The notes beneath the pieces were generated by a model. The model was not told the DNA's origin. It was given only the letters and a program-made list of their open reading frames with translations, and ran no database searches. Position numbers and translations under genes: made by a program. Below, piece by piece: positions 25,001 to 34,847 of a stretch of 39,901 bases of DNA. Source of the DNA: a virus (taxonomy: Duplodnaviria > Caudoviricetes); the IMG/VR virus record IMGVR_UViG_3300005573_000023, positions 1 through 39,901 of that record; one strand, given 5' to 3'. Position 1 is the stretch's first letter; each line of letters begins with the position of its first letter.

Positions 25001-26606
25001 ATAAAGCATTCACCGTGGCCTCATCAAACTCTGTCAAAAGACTTTTTCGATTGAGGCCGCCGTTTTCAATGATCCATTTCACCGGGGCGTGACCATCGTC
25101 TTCTTTCCATAATTTCTCGGCCTCTTTCTGCCATTCCGATTTCGCTTGATCCAACTCGGTGACTCTACGGTTCTCTATGGCCTCGCTTGTGGCCTGAGCG
25201 GCCTTCTCGACGGCATCGTTGTATTTCTGCCATACCTCCGGCGCTATGCCCTCCGGTGGTGATTCCTTGGGCCACAAAGGTTGTATCTTCAATAAGGGCT
25301 CCTCTGCGGTTTGAACTGCTTGAGTGGATTCAGCGGTCCCTGCTTCTCCCTTGATTTGGCCGGGGGTCTCCGTGGCCTGGAGAATATTAGCCTGTTCTAC
25401 AGGAGGGGAGGAAGGGGTTTCTGGTTCCGGCGAAAAGGAGGAAACACCGGGTTGGGCTCCAGGAACCCCTTCCTCTATCGGGGAGGGCAAAAGGCCGGAT
25501 GGTCTGGGCCGGCCAGCAAGGGGAGATTGACGAATTGATCTAACCTCTTCATAGGGCGACAGAGAAAATATCTTGGTTTTGTTCAGGTCCTCCTTCAGCC
25601 GTCTGAACCAGGGCTTGTCTGTGATGGTGATAATCTTCTCTGCCGGTACTTCAATATCAATGCCCATGCGCAGGGCCTGCCGCCATTGTTCTCCATTGAG
25701 ATCAAGGTCTTTGATCATATCAGCTTCCGGGTCTTCAGCACCCAACTGGAGGGCCCGGACTCGTTCAGGAGAAATATAGATTTTCTTCGGCATTTGATAC
25801 TCGGTGATAACATCGCGAAACAGATTTTCGACGATGGCATCACGCACCTCCGGCATCAGCCGGTTCCAGCCCTTGATCAAACCACCGGTGGCCAAAGCCG
25901 AGCCGAAAAATTCGGCCATATTGACCAGGGCCTTCAAGGACTCACTGGCATCCGGCGGCAAAAAGGCCTCTGAAGTCTCCATGCCGTAATGATATTTTTT
26001 GCCGGTGGCCAAGGCCCCGACCGCCTTGGCCCCTTCCGATATTCCCGTAAAGGCCCCCACGGCGGACGCAGTTGTTAGAGGAGCGGTAACTAAGCCGGCA
26101 CCGATCAATGCCGGAAAGGCCAACTTAGCCAACCCATCGGCCAACTCATAGGCGCGGGTTACCGGGCCTGATTGCTCCCGTCCCGGCCCTGAAAAGTTCA
26201 TTCCCGTTATCTCGGAATCCCGCACGATCTTGTCATAGTGCTGATAGACCAACGACGGCGGAACATTCAGCTTATTGGCAATGGCTACTGAATTCATCGA
26301 TTTGGCTTGGACCACTCCCGGATCATCATCCAAAAACAAATGTTTGATTCCCGTCCATGTGGTGGCCGGGTTGCTTAGGATAGACAACTTATCCCATAGA
26401 CTTAATTCCTCCCACTTCGGCGGACCGCTATATGCGCTGATCATCTGCTGCTTGCCGGAGGGTTGGACTCCGGATCCGGCATCTGGTATCATAGACAGGT
26501 CGAGTTTGGATTTCTTTGCCGCCACAGGCTGCGGCCTAAGGACGACCCCGCCCTGTTGGGCTTCGGGCTGTTCGGCATCCGGGATCATTGAAAGATCTAA
26601 TGGCAT
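22083..26606 (-). CDS. Large internal virion (ejection) protein, 1507 aa
   Basis: Size, helical composition, position before the tail fibre, C-terminal hydrophobic helices. Confidence 0.75.
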   Translation of the reverse strand: MPLDLSMIPDAEQPEAQQGGVVLRPQPVAAKKSKLDLSMIPDAGSGVQPSGKQQMISAYSGPPKWEELSLWDKLSILSNPATTWTGIKHLFLDDDPGVVQAKSMNSVAIANKLNVPPSLVYQHYDKIVRDSEITGMNFSGPGREQSGPVTRAYELADGLAKLAFPALIGAGLVTAPLTTASAVGAFTGISEGAKAVGALATGKKYHYGMETSEAFLPPDASESLKALVNMAEFFGSALATGGLIKGWNRLMPEVRDAIVENLFRDVITEYQMPKKIYISPERVRALQLGAEDPEADMIKDLDLNGEQWRQALRMGIDIEVPAEKIITITDKPWFRRLKEDLNKTKIFSLSPYEEVRSIRQSPLAGRPRPSGLLPSPIEEGVPGAQPGVSSFSPEPETPSSPPVEQANILQATETPGQIKGEAGTAESTQAVQTAEEPLLKIQPLWPKESPPEGIAPEVWQKYNDAVEKAAQATSEAIENRRVTELDQAKSEWQKEAEKLWKEDDGHAPVKWIIENGGLNRKSLLTEFDEATVNALSQRHPGLVQENGKLSHTMVAFGHGDISTDQLVDLLMQAEPKEEFVKRYVQEKMQEFDAEHKIEESAITDEYLSMLETEVELLSKQMLKKNIKITKTQDLIRRTRDEIERARVSELLVSDDALKAGLEKATRAAREALTAKDIKDLSRSAELEEALRQLQRKREIIIRLKEQYRAQREIERARKYFDKVAKSKTIDWDFKSQILDLLADHGIIARQDFPREGMPSLRQFVESLRSEGELVDISDDILDRNYRGDALGHTYDELMDLYSAVRQLEYLGRNRSKFLAEQKKRDIQEAVEDMVVKVNAIYGPKMKPPSGHLEFEEAKNIFKKMLELSKEGATELIKPEVIVRMLDGLKPFGPVYENIFGKIKAAEDKEIKMGQDVMKRLQAIFEKIPAEERRTWLDKKIAIEGLPEKYLTKMQMIMVALNSGNPGNRLALKEGSGPNPDMKWTDDTIQAITNKLSRQEWELVKDIWALINELYEPLNEVHREMTGVPLKKVEGITVQTPYGEVEGMYFPLVFDPKQSKRAEQYMLAMAEKDMFANYYARPTPEKGFTIERKGGKMFPLLDFSVITKHINDVIHFVTHAREIRDVQKLIYHPDLRAAIEQALWPEAYKQFGPWLQAIARPRLQPITTWERMFGSLRKKASIVIMGWKFITAAVQPLAATQAIDMLGLIPFMGGLKTFYAHPGYWAEFVKARSAMMATRYSQETLDREIAQFSKQFNPKGDGYKELVQKSFFFFMNTMDASVTYPTWLTAYFHGLNKFGWSEGRAIEYADQVVRLTQGSGATKDLPKLLQVGKEGPMSIFTMFQTFFNALLNRLIERWYDFKLGNIGVFGLFQAFTWLVLVPVYLEESFRQQRFIGPKEYATNIAQYLAAGFPLLRDAVNAILTDYDPKPSAAFGIFYELHDLQKAIKAKDPKAWNIIKHSLMLTGYTFGLPTAQAVITMKALLDLWEGKDTSPADLFFRPPKKERGK

Positions 26607-26607
26607 A

Positions 26608-28551
26608 TCAATCCTCGAAAACCTTATTCCCGTACAGGTCCCATACCTTCTGGATGGTTTGTTCGTCGGTCATCTTGCCGGCCTCTTTCAATTTCTTAAC
26701 GATGACCGCCCGGGCCTGCGCAGGAACGGTGCCGGCCGGAACTATTTTCTCGATAGGCACGCCCTCCCGTATGGCAGTCAATGCCCTGAGTTTTGTTCCG
26801 GGAGTTACGGGCATCTTTTTTTCTTTCAGGGTCTCGAACACCCTTCTTATTTCTTCCGGCTTAGCTGTAGGCATATCTGAATCATAGAACCGGCCCATGT
26901 CGTAATTTTGTCCGGTAACCCACGGCCTCTTCTCGCCCAGATACTGGAACAATGGAGCCGTCGCATCGAACCAGAATCTTCTCGCCTGTGTAACGACGGG
27001 TTTCATCAGTCGATCGGCCAATTCATCCACCCTTGGATCGTTCGGTGTCAGTTTTTCTTTTGTCATCCACCAGTGGAGGGATTTAACAAAATCTTCCTTC
27101 ATTTTTTTGGTGTCGGCATCAATATCCTTATCGTCCTTGAAATATTTTCGGACGGCCGAATCGAAGTAATTGAATTGCTCCTTGAGACCCTGCTTGGAAA
27201 CATTTTCAATCTCATGTAGGGCCTGGGCGAACTTGTCGCCACGAACACCATTCTTTAGGAGATCGATGGGGTTCGTGATGGTGCCGTTGTATATTCCGAT
27301 CAATGTTTTCACCCAATCGCCTTCGGCGGTCTTGGGCGTTTTTTCTCCGCCGGTTTCGGTCAGCATCTTCCTGGCCTTGAACAAATCCTCTTGCTCAATC
27401 AGTCCGGCATCGGCCGCTTGTTGCATCAGTCTAAGTGCCTTGCTCGGCTGACCATTATTGACCAAGCCGTAAAAGTCATTGACCACCTTCTTCTGATTTT
27501 CTGCCTGAATACGGGCTATTTCGCTGTCGTTATATCGTTGCTGTGCCTTGAAAAGATCGGAGAGCTTCTCGGCCTGGGCCACATCTAAGCCCAGGGATTG
27601 ATATTGCTTTGGGTCTTGCAGGAAGCGTATAGCTCCATCCGGATTGTCTTTGAATTGACCGTATAGGGCCTCATAGGCTGTATTGACCTTGGCCGCTTCT
27701 TTTTCTTTTTCCAGTTTTTCCTGGGCAGACTGTATCTGTGCCTGATAGTAGATGCGCCGCATGGGGTCCAGGTCAACCAACTCGGCCGGATTCGATAAGA
27801 TCTTATCCGCGGCGTCGGGGGCCATATTCCCGTTTCGAACCGACATCACTATTCGCTTGGCATCGGCCTCGGCCAACCTCCCCAAGAGGCCCTTAGAGAG
27901 TTTATAGGCATCGGTCTTGCCGATTACCCCGGTCTGCTCCAGACCATAGAGATCTTTAAGAAAGCCTTCTTTTAGCTGTCTGGCGTTATCTGGGTTATCC
28001 TCGGCGGCAATCTGCCTCTCCACCAAATCGGCCTTTTCGTGCAGAGCTGCCACACTATCATCTATCGCCAAGGATCGGGCACGCTTCAAAACCTGGGGAT
28101 ATTCGGCAATGGCACGAGCATCATAGCGCGACACAAACTCATCCAGGTATGGGCCTTGCAGTTTGGTTTCTTGGAGAAATTTTTGCTTTTGGGATTCGGT
28201 GAAATCACGCCAATCTTGATCAAAGTTCTGGTAGTCTGTTCTATTGTCCAGCTCGGCCAATTTCTCCATGAGGGCTTTATTGATGGCGTTTTCGGCCCTG
28301 ATCAACTCAGCCCGCTGCTGGATATGATAGAATTTCTCGCCGATGCCGGTGATCTTATTCCCCAGGTCTTGGATGGCATTATATTTTTCCTCGAGTCCCT
28401 GGGTCATGAAACGTGAGGCCTGTAGGCCGGATGTGGCCGCTTCCGGATTGATCATCGGACCAGGCTGAATATCAGGCGCCCGCATAGGGACCGGTGCCGG
28501 TCTGGCAATCGGGGCCTCTACGGTACGGTCATAGGTAGGTATACTGGGCAT
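26608..28551 (-). CDS. Internal virion (ejection) protein, 647 aa
   Basis: MPSIPTY start, helical; second of three ejection-type genes. Confidence 0.7.
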   Translation of the reverse strand: MPSIPTYDRTVEAPIARPAPVPMRAPDIQPGPMINPEAATSGLQASRFMTQGLEEKYNAIQDLGNKITGIGEKFYHIQQRAELIRAENAINKALMEKLAELDNRTDYQNFDQDWRDFTESQKQKFLQETKLQGPYLDEFVSRYDARAIAEYPQVLKRARSLAIDDSVAALHEKADLVERQIAAEDNPDNARQLKEGFLKDLYGLEQTGVIGKTDAYKLSKGLLGRLAEADAKRIVMSVRNGNMAPDAADKILSNPAELVDLDPMRRIYYQAQIQSAQEKLEKEKEAAKVNTAYEALYGQFKDNPDGAIRFLQDPKQYQSLGLDVAQAEKLSDLFKAQQRYNDSEIARIQAENQKKVVNDFYGLVNNGQPSKALRLMQQAADAGLIEQEDLFKARKMLTETGGEKTPKTAEGDWVKTLIGIYNGTITNPIDLLKNGVRGDKFAQALHEIENVSKQGLKEQFNYFDSAVRKYFKDDKDIDADTKKMKEDFVKSLHWWMTKEKLTPNDPRVDELADRLMKPVVTQARRFWFDATAPLFQYLGEKRPWVTGQNYDMGRFYDSDMPTAKPEEIRRVFETLKEKKMPVTPGTKLRALTAIREGVPIEKIVPAGTVPAQARAVIVKKLKEAGKMTDEQTIQKVWDLYGNKVFED

Positions 28552-28560
28552 TACCTTCTC

Positions 28561-29298
28561 CTAATAGATCTGTTTCTGCTGCGGGTAATTGTATGTATTA
28601 GTGGCAGTGTTCGGCCTGAACTGACTGTAGATATTGGCCGCATTGGTCAGGAGCGTCCCTTGGTTTCGAAGGCCGATACCCTGTGCCTCGTAGCCATAGC
28701 CCAAGGCCCTATAGGACCCGCCTATGCCGGCCTGGTAGCCGTATATCCTGGCGATTCTGGATTGTGACAGTAGGGCATTCTGTTCGACCTGCCCCTCTAT
28801 GCCGGCCATCCGACCTTCCAGGCGATAGCCCATGGCTTTCATCAGTGCCTGGTGTTCCGCATAATCGCCCGAGGCGAATATATTGGCCACGTCTGTCTCA
28901 ATATTTGAGGCCGATTCCTGCATGACCAGAAGTGGTGTCCCCTCCATCTCCACACCGGCCTTGGCATACCTGGCCTGTTGGCTTCCCATGATCCGGGAAC
29001 CGGCTTGCCTGGTCCTGTTGACGGCATCCAGGGTACTGATCTTGATGGACAGGGCTTCGGTTTCGGCCCCCATGGCATTGATCTCGGCGTCCCGCATCAA
29101 GATCGCGCTCTTTTCTGCCGCAAGCCCCGCCTGCTGTTCATAGTCCCGGGCATTGGCAAAGTATAGATCCTGCTGGACACCGGCGATCAATCGTTCATAA
29201 TCGGCTTGATCCCGGGCCGCTTGGGCCGATTCCTGCCCGGCCCGATACTGCATATAGGCTCCGATTCCCTGAATGATATAGGGTATGGCTGCTCCCAT
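28561..29298 (-). CDS. Internal virion protein (T7 gp14-like)
   Basis: A/G/Q-rich; QQARYAKAGV.MEGTPL motif. Confidence 0.75.
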   Translation of the reverse strand: MGAAIPYIIQGIGAYMQYRAGQESAQAARDQADYERLIAGVQQDLYFANARDYEQQAGLAAEKSAILMRDAEINAMGAETEALSIKISTLDAVNRTRQAGSRIMGSQQARYAKAGVEMEGTPLLVMQESASNIETDVANIFASGDYAEHQALMKAMGYRLEGRMAGIEGQVEQNALLSQSRIARIYGYQAGIGGSYRALGYGYEAQGIGLRNQGTLLTNAANIYSQFRPNTATNTYNYPQQKQIY

Positions 29299-29738
29299 TA
29301 GGCGAACCTCACATAGCGATAATAGGTTTCTTGATTGGGCCCATATTTCTCCATCTTACTTTCCAGTAAAAACCCCAAGAGACGCACCCAGGCCAACGAC
29401 CTCTTGTGGTATTCGACAACATTCAACTGCACCCGATGTAGTTTTTCATCTCTTATGACCGCATTCAAAAATCCACGAACACATTTTGTGAATATGATCG
29501 GATAGCGTTCGACCAGGCTGCTGGTTCCGACCCAGGCCTCCCCTACGCCGGGCCAGAGAATCATCACTCCGCCAATCGCCATAATCTCATCATCTACCAT
29601 CATGGTCATGAACGGTCCTAAATGGGCTATCTGCCTGATCATCTCTGAAGGCTCTTGAGGAGCAATAGACCGACGATCTATTTCACGCAGCTTCAATCTG
29701 TCTGCATGTTCATCCCGAAAAGGCACAAGGATAATCAT
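29298..29738 (-). CDS. GNAT-fold virion assembly protein (T7 gp13-like)
   Basis: GGV...WPGVGEAW, HRVQ, WVRLLGF..E; ATGA overlap with the tail tubular B stop. Confidence 0.8.
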   Translation of the reverse strand: MIILVPFRDEHADRLKLREIDRRSIAPQEPSEMIRQIAHLGPFMTMMVDDEIMAIGGVMILWPGVGEAWVGTSSLVERYPIIFTKCVRGFLNAVIRDEKLHRVQLNVVEYHKRSLAWVRLLGFLLESKMEKYGPNQETYYRYVRFA

Positions 29739-32065
29739 TGATCGTTCACCACCAGTTGCGGCATTATGGCCAAGACAGACATGGGTAACGGCTGTTCTTG
29801 CGTCACCCAAATCTTTCCCTCTCGATTGTATCCGCCCGGCATCTTGATGACCTTATCTCCGCTGAATAATGGAACCGGTTCATCCATCGGATCTCCGGTA
29901 GAGCGAAAGGGGATCATATCCAGGGCGGTATCGTCCACCCCGATGCTACCCCCCACTGTCCTGAAAAATCGTATGGCCGCCGAATGAATCCTCTGCTTTT
30001 TGGCCTGGGCCGTTCCGTCCGAGGATCCTGCCTCAAGGCGGACGGTCTGCAATCTCGAATTATACCCGAGACCCACATGTATTTTTGATCCATACCATTG
30101 CAGGGTAATGGATCCGGAAGCAACGGTCATGTCCGGATGAACCGCTCCATCTACCAGCACCTGAACCTTCTCACCCTCAAGATGGTCCAGACCGCTAATG
30201 GTATTGACCACCTTGCGAGCATATCCGCCGCCCGTATAAGAAGAATAAGAAGAGGAATTAACGCCGGAAAGTTGGAAGCTGACACCGGATACTACACCGG
30301 TCACCGTATAAGCTTCTCCTTTTCCGATATTGATCTCGGTCATGCCCTCCACGGCCCAGATACGGACTTTGTCTCCATCTTCGAAAGTATGCCCAGGGGC
30401 AGAGACTACTGCCGGATTGGCCTTGGTAATGCCCGTTATTTCTACAGCATCGCCGCCATCATAGGATAAGCCGGAATCCACATAGAAGGCATCTTCAATA
30501 TTCTCTCCGAAATCTCCTTCTATCATCTCGATATAGCGCTTGATATTGCCGCCAATCGTCCTTTGGACGATCAGCCAAACTTCATCATGCCCATAGAGGC
30601 CGGGGATAACCGCCACAGACTCTACCAGACCATCACCTCCGAGGATATGTTTGTGCCAAGAAATGACCTCCTCCGCGGGATAAAAAGTGCACCCCAATAG
30701 AACCCCATCATTACGGACTATCCAGATGATAGAGTCGGGGTCCTGTTGATAATCGAAACCGGCAATTCCTTCTTCGACCAAATGTCCCGATAGCAAGCTT
30801 AGGTCCTGACCCCGAAAAGAATCATTGGCATAATCATAGGTCAGGTGTCTTAATGGATAGCCGTGCTTGCCCACGAAGATCAGGCTGGTATTGATCAACT
30901 TCCCTTGGATATTGGCGCTCCCAAAGGTATTTTCGCGCTCAAACCTGACATTGGTCGGGGTAATGGGGTCCAGGGAGCTGGAGGCCCCGGCGCTCCATTC
31001 ACTGCCAAGAGTCCCGATGAGCAGCCGCCGATAGGGCTCGATCCATCTGATCTTGTCGACCCTATTCGAAGCAATGGTATAGACCAATGCACTATCATCG
31101 GCGGTTCCGGTGGTCATGTCGTAATATGAGCCCGATACCGATCCCCATAGGGTTTGAGGTTGGGAAGGCGTAGCCCCCCACCATAGCCGCTGCTCAAAAA
31201 AGCCCACCACTCCGGGGTAATTAGTTCCGGTCCATTGTGCGGGCATCGAAATAAAAGAAATGGCACTCAATTCCCAATGATCATGATCATACCGGACCAG
31301 TTTGTAGGGCTGTACATTGGGATGGGCAATGTGCAGAACATCGGCGCTCTGGGCGAATCTCAGATAGGCGAGCTGGCTTTCCGTATAGGGAGAGCTGATT
31401 TTCAATGCCCCTATTTTCTGGACCGAAACGTCGTCAATTTTCCCGGTAAAATCGGCATCGGCCCGAAAAGTTATTTTTCCGTCCGATCCGGCGACGATCG
31501 TTTCCCGGTAAGTGCCATTGGCAGAAACAGCGGTTCCGGCTGTTCCCCCGACCATGGGCGTAACCGTTCCGGCTGTACGATCGGAAACGGCATAAACGAC
31601 CTTGTAAGATTCTCCGGGGGTCAGGGTAATGGATTGATACAGGTCGGAAGTAGAGGTCTGGGAACCGTCACAATTAGCCTTACCACCGCTGATAGTCCAG
31701 CCCGTTCCTTTCGTCCAGGAGGTGTCACTGGTAAACGAACCGTTGGTCACCAACTCAGTGCCATCCGGACCCTCCAGATAGCCCTGGTCATAGAAAAAGC
31801 GCATATATTGATCGCCGATCTCAATGATATAAGCCTGCTCTTCCGACCAGATGAATGGTATTATGATACATTGTTTTGACGAGTCCACGGTTTCCAAGAT
31901 GAATCGTGTCCCCGGTCTCCTGGTGGCCCCACCTTGAGGATGAACGATGAAATTCTCCAGGACGGAACATCCATTGAAATAACGACTGATGTCCACCCGG
32001 CCCATCAGTCGGGGCGACAGTTCCCCCGAAGTGAAGTTTGTGAATATCGGCGATACTCTGGGCAT
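29735..32065 (-). CDS. Tail tubular protein B / nozzle with two inserted domains
   Basis: NFTSGELSPRL.GR.D...GGATRRPGT, AQSADV, FFEQRL, QPLPMSVLAI motifs. Confidence 0.92.
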   Translation of the reverse strand: MPRVSPIFTNFTSGELSPRLMGRVDISRYFNGCSVLENFIVHPQGGATRRPGTRFILETVDSSKQCIIIPFIWSEEQAYIIEIGDQYMRFFYDQGYLEGPDGTELVTNGSFTSDTSWTKGTGWTISGGKANCDGSQTSTSDLYQSITLTPGESYKVVYAVSDRTAGTVTPMVGGTAGTAVSANGTYRETIVAGSDGKITFRADADFTGKIDDVSVQKIGALKISSPYTESQLAYLRFAQSADVLHIAHPNVQPYKLVRYDHDHWELSAISFISMPAQWTGTNYPGVVGFFEQRLWWGATPSQPQTLWGSVSGSYYDMTTGTADDSALVYTIASNRVDKIRWIEPYRRLLIGTLGSEWSAGASSSLDPITPTNVRFERENTFGSANIQGKLINTSLIFVGKHGYPLRHLTYDYANDSFRGQDLSLLSGHLVEEGIAGFDYQQDPDSIIWIVRNDGVLLGCTFYPAEEVISWHKHILGGDGLVESVAVIPGLYGHDEVWLIVQRTIGGNIKRYIEMIEGDFGENIEDAFYVDSGLSYDGGDAVEITGITKANPAVVSAPGHTFEDGDKVRIWAVEGMTEINIGKGEAYTVTGVVSGVSFQLSGVNSSSYSSYTGGGYARKVVNTISGLDHLEGEKVQVLVDGAVHPDMTVASGSITLQWYGSKIHVGLGYNSRLQTVRLEAGSSDGTAQAKKQRIHSAAIRFFRTVGGSIGVDDTALDMIPFRSTGDPMDEPVPLFSGDKVIKMPGGYNREGKIWVTQEQPLPMSVLAIMPQLVVNDQ

Positions 32066-32077
32066 AGGCAGTGAACC

Positions 32078-32689
32078 TCAGTCGTTCGTGTCCATATAAA
32101 TTAAATCATTGTCGGAAGATTCGCCTCGTGCAGTAATCCAAGACGAGGTTTGGTCTATTATTTCTCTTCCCTCCAGGGCATCCATCTGCTTGGCCTCGGC
32201 CAGCTTCCCGGTGTATAACTGCCACATGGTTTCCCGCATGGCGGCATTGGCAGTCAATCGGTATGCTATTTCAGCGGCCAGACGGGCCGAAACGGCATTT
32301 GCCAGAAGTGGGGACAAGGCATTAAGATCCGTCACCCTTTTGATATACTCGATCGTCGCCGTGGCGGAATCGGTCTCCAAGGTTCTGCCGACGATTTTCC
32401 ATTTATATCCATAGGCCTCTTCTTCGTAAAGTTTGACCACCCTTAGACAATAGGGATTAATCGGTAGTGCATAGGAGTAGGCATAGCCAAAAAGCGGTGT
32501 CGTGGTGTTCTGCGCCAGGCTGGCCTTCTCCAGGGCACAACCCCAGACATGAGAAGCCAGGACTTCATCCAAGACCATATCGAAAGCGGCATTGCAGACC
32601 CTGGCTTCCTCGGTGTTCTGCGAGATGGACATGATGACATTGGCTCCAAGAGCGATCAGGGCAGCGTTGCAAATCTGGACCTTGTTCAT
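32078..32689 (-). CDS. Tail tubular protein A / adaptor
   Basis: VQICNAALIALGA...EARVC...HVW..A...YALP motif. Confidence 0.88.
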   Translation of the reverse strand: MNKVQICNAALIALGANVIMSISQNTEEARVCNAAFDMVLDEVLASHVWGCALEKASLAQNTTTPLFGYAYSYALPINPYCLRVVKLYEEEAYGYKWKIVGRTLETDSATATIEYIKRVTDLNALSPLLANAVSARLAAEIAYRLTANAAMRETMWQLYTGKLAEAKQMDALEGREIIDQTSSWITARGESSDNDLIYMDTND

Positions 32690-32892
32690 GCCTTTTTCTC
32701 CTTGGTCGATCCACCACCCTTAATCGTCAGTTCTACGGGATCGGGCGATGATGCCTTTGTTTTTTCGAGTGATCCTACTGGCCGGAAATGATGAGAGGGC
32801 GGATATCCGTCAAAGGCATAGATTTTTCCAGCAGAAAAATAACGACCCTTGCAATATGAATCTTTGGTGGCGATGAATTCTGCCATCTTCAA
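32686..32892 (-). CDS. Hypothetical protein
   Basis: AGGAGG SD; coupled to tail tubular A. Confidence 0.7.
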   Translation of the reverse strand: MKMAEFIATKDSYCKGRYFSAGKIYAFDGYPPSHHFRPVGSLEKTKASSPDPVELTIKGGGSTKEKKA

Positions 32893-32897
32893 CCTCC

Positions 32898-33365
32898 TTA
32901 AGCGTAGAAAATATGATTACCAATGGTAATCAGTTCCGTTTTCTCTTTGGCCCATTTTGGCCTGATTGATTGCTCATGATAATACATAGCCACGGTATTC
33001 CGCTTGATTTCTCCGGATAGCAGGCCTCTGGCGATACGGAGACATTCAGCCAGAGATTTGCCGGTCTTGGGATCATGCAAGGCACTTTGAAAGTCCTTGG
33101 CTATCTCTACGGCCCCAAGATAGTTAGGATCAAGCGGATTCTCGATAGTCCAGGAGAATTGGGCCGGTGCCAGAATGACGGATTTGATTGAATTGCCATA
33201 AAGCCTCCCCCACCCCGGAAATCTCTGCCCCCAGGCAACTCTATTCAGTATCACCGACCCCACAGCAATCTTGCCATCTTCAGGCTCGCCCCGAGCCTCC
33301 CGGTCAATGCAGAGGGCAAGGAGTTCTTCATCTGATAACTTATTGAAAATACTATTAGACTTCAT
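32898..33365 (-). CDS. SleB/CwlJ-like cell wall hydrolase (probable endolysin)
   Basis: EARGE...AVGSVILNRV...QFS...YYH...PKWA...IGNHIFY. Confidence 0.92.
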   Translation of the reverse strand: MKSNSIFNKLSDEELLALCIDREARGEPEDGKIAVGSVILNRVAWGQRFPGWGRLYGNSIKSVILAPAQFSWTIENPLDPNYLGAVEIAKDFQSALHDPKTGKSLAECLRIARGLLSGEIKRNTVAMYYHEQSIRPKWAKEKTELITIGNHIFYA

Positions 33366-34134
33366 TTGTCTGGTCAAATAACCTGATAGGTGGAAAGGTA
33401 ATAGGATCAATGGTGATCCGTTTTCCTACGTGGATGATTGCCCCGCCGATCTTCGGGTAGTGGATAAAGTAGCCCTTAGCCCCATAGGCCCGAATAGGGG
33501 ACCATATCTTCCAGCAGGGGAGGTATGCCGCTCGGGTTGCCCCTGTGCAAATCTCGAAATACTTGTGGCCATGAGCGCCGAGGATCAAGTCAGCCTTCCC
33601 CAATTGATCGGATAACGCATCGCTATACAACCTTGCCCGATCCAGGGCGGTACCCTTATACATGGTCATCCCCAGATCATGAGCGGCGAAGATGGTCTTG
33701 CCCGTGCCCTTCACTTTCCACCACAACACCAACCCATAGCACTTTCCATTCGGCAATGTTGCAGCAATCTGGTGCTCGATTGAGGTATCCAGACTGCCGT
33801 GGTAAGGGGAACCGGTGACGCTGAGATAAGGCCTGTCCCCAACAAAGTCTTTGAGTATCTCGCTGGCGACGGATACTTGGACATTGAGGTCGGTCATGAG
33901 GATGTCGGCACCGAACTCCTTTCGATTGACACCATCGACGGTATCCCCAAGATTGAGCACATAATCGCAGTTGCGGGCTTCGTGTTTGAACTCCTCCCAA
34001 TATTCGTACAGTTTTAACTGGGCCCTGTTCGCTTTGATGACATTGCCACTCGGAAGCTCGTAGCTTCTGAGCATCAACCCAGCTGGATGACCGACATGGA
34101 GGTCCGCAAAGGCGGCGATAGATTTAACCGTCAT
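33355..34134 (-). CDS. Calcineurin-like metallophosphoesterase
   Basis: DLHVG, GDTVDG, GSPYH, AHD, GAHGH metal-binding motifs. Confidence 0.88.
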   Translation of the reverse strand: MTVKSIAAFADLHVGHPAGLMLRSYELPSGNVIKANRAQLKLYEYWEEFKHEARNCDYVLNLGDTVDGVNRKEFGADILMTDLNVQVSVASEILKDFVGDRPYLSVTGSPYHGSLDTSIEHQIAATLPNGKCYGLVLWWKVKGTGKTIFAAHDLGMTMYKGTALDRARLYSDALSDQLGKADLILGAHGHKYFEICTGATRAAYLPCWKIWSPIRAYGAKGYFIHYPKIGGAIIHVGKRITIDPITFPPIRLFDQTNEV

Positions 34135-34340
34135 AATTCTACCTGGTCGGTCCCCAGGAGGGCGTTGAGTAGGTCGTAATTGATACTACGGATTTGCTTG
34201 ATAGGCAGCCCCAGCGCACCCAATTTGCATCGAATACTATCCTCGCTGCGATTCAGCACAGCTGTCATATCCTTCAATGACAACCCCTTGTCATACATCT
34301 GTTTCAGGATTCGTGTTTCCTCGTCGGTCCACAGCATCAT
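34131..34340 (-). CDS. Myb/homeodomain-like HTH protein
   Basis: WTDEETRILK...LNRSEDSIR.K...LGL. Confidence 0.75.
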   Translation of the reverse strand: MMLWTDEETRILKQMYDKGLSLKDMTAVLNRSEDSIRCKLGALGLPIKQIRSINYDLLNALLGTDQVEL

Positions 34341-34656
34341 TCTTTGCCCTCCGCCTTCGAAATAGGGATAGTAATCTTGGGTTATCGGCTAAGAGCTGTT
34401 GTAAGGCGCAGGCCAAGCTCTGGATAGTCGAATGTTCCAGGTTCAGATCCAGGCTGGCATTGACGATCTCCACGGCTTCATGGAGGATAACTTCTCGAAT
34501 TTGCGACAGGGAGTAATCTGGATCATATCGGATTTCATTCTGAGAAATAAGCGCCAGCCCTCCAGCTTCAAATTGCTCGTTCAGGTTGGGGTCGGCGATA
34601 ACCCGATATTCATGCCCCAGAACACGCAATTTGTGGATTACCGGACCTTCACCCAT
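34291..34656 (-). CDS. Zincin-like (ImmA/IrrE-like) small metalloprotein, HExxE variant
   Basis: G......NEI...VILHEAVE...LEH. Confidence 0.7.
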   Translation of the reverse strand: MGEGPVIHKLRVLGHEYRVIADPNLNEQFEAGGLALISQNEIRYDPDYSLSQIREVILHEAVEIVNASLDLNLEHSTIQSLACALQQLLADNPRLLSLFRRRRAKNDAVDRRGNTNPETDV

Positions 34657-34847
34657 GTCCGCTCCAGTTCCCCCTGATCGAAGTCATGCCAATCAATGCC
34701 CCAGGTTTCTTTGATCGCCTCAAGATCGGCCTCTATCTGGCGAATATCGTCCATGTGCCGTATTCGTTCTTTCTCCAAAAACCAGGCCAGGGCCTTAGCC
34801 TCTGATTTGTTCCCTACCAATCTGACGAAAATGTCATTCGACGCCAT
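34638..34847 (-). CDS. Hypothetical protein
   Basis: Overlapping ORF in the operon. Confidence 0.65.
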   Translation of the reverse strand: MASNDIFVRLVGNKSEAKALAWFLEKERIRHMDDIRQIEADLEAIKETWGIDWHDFDQGELERTWVKVR

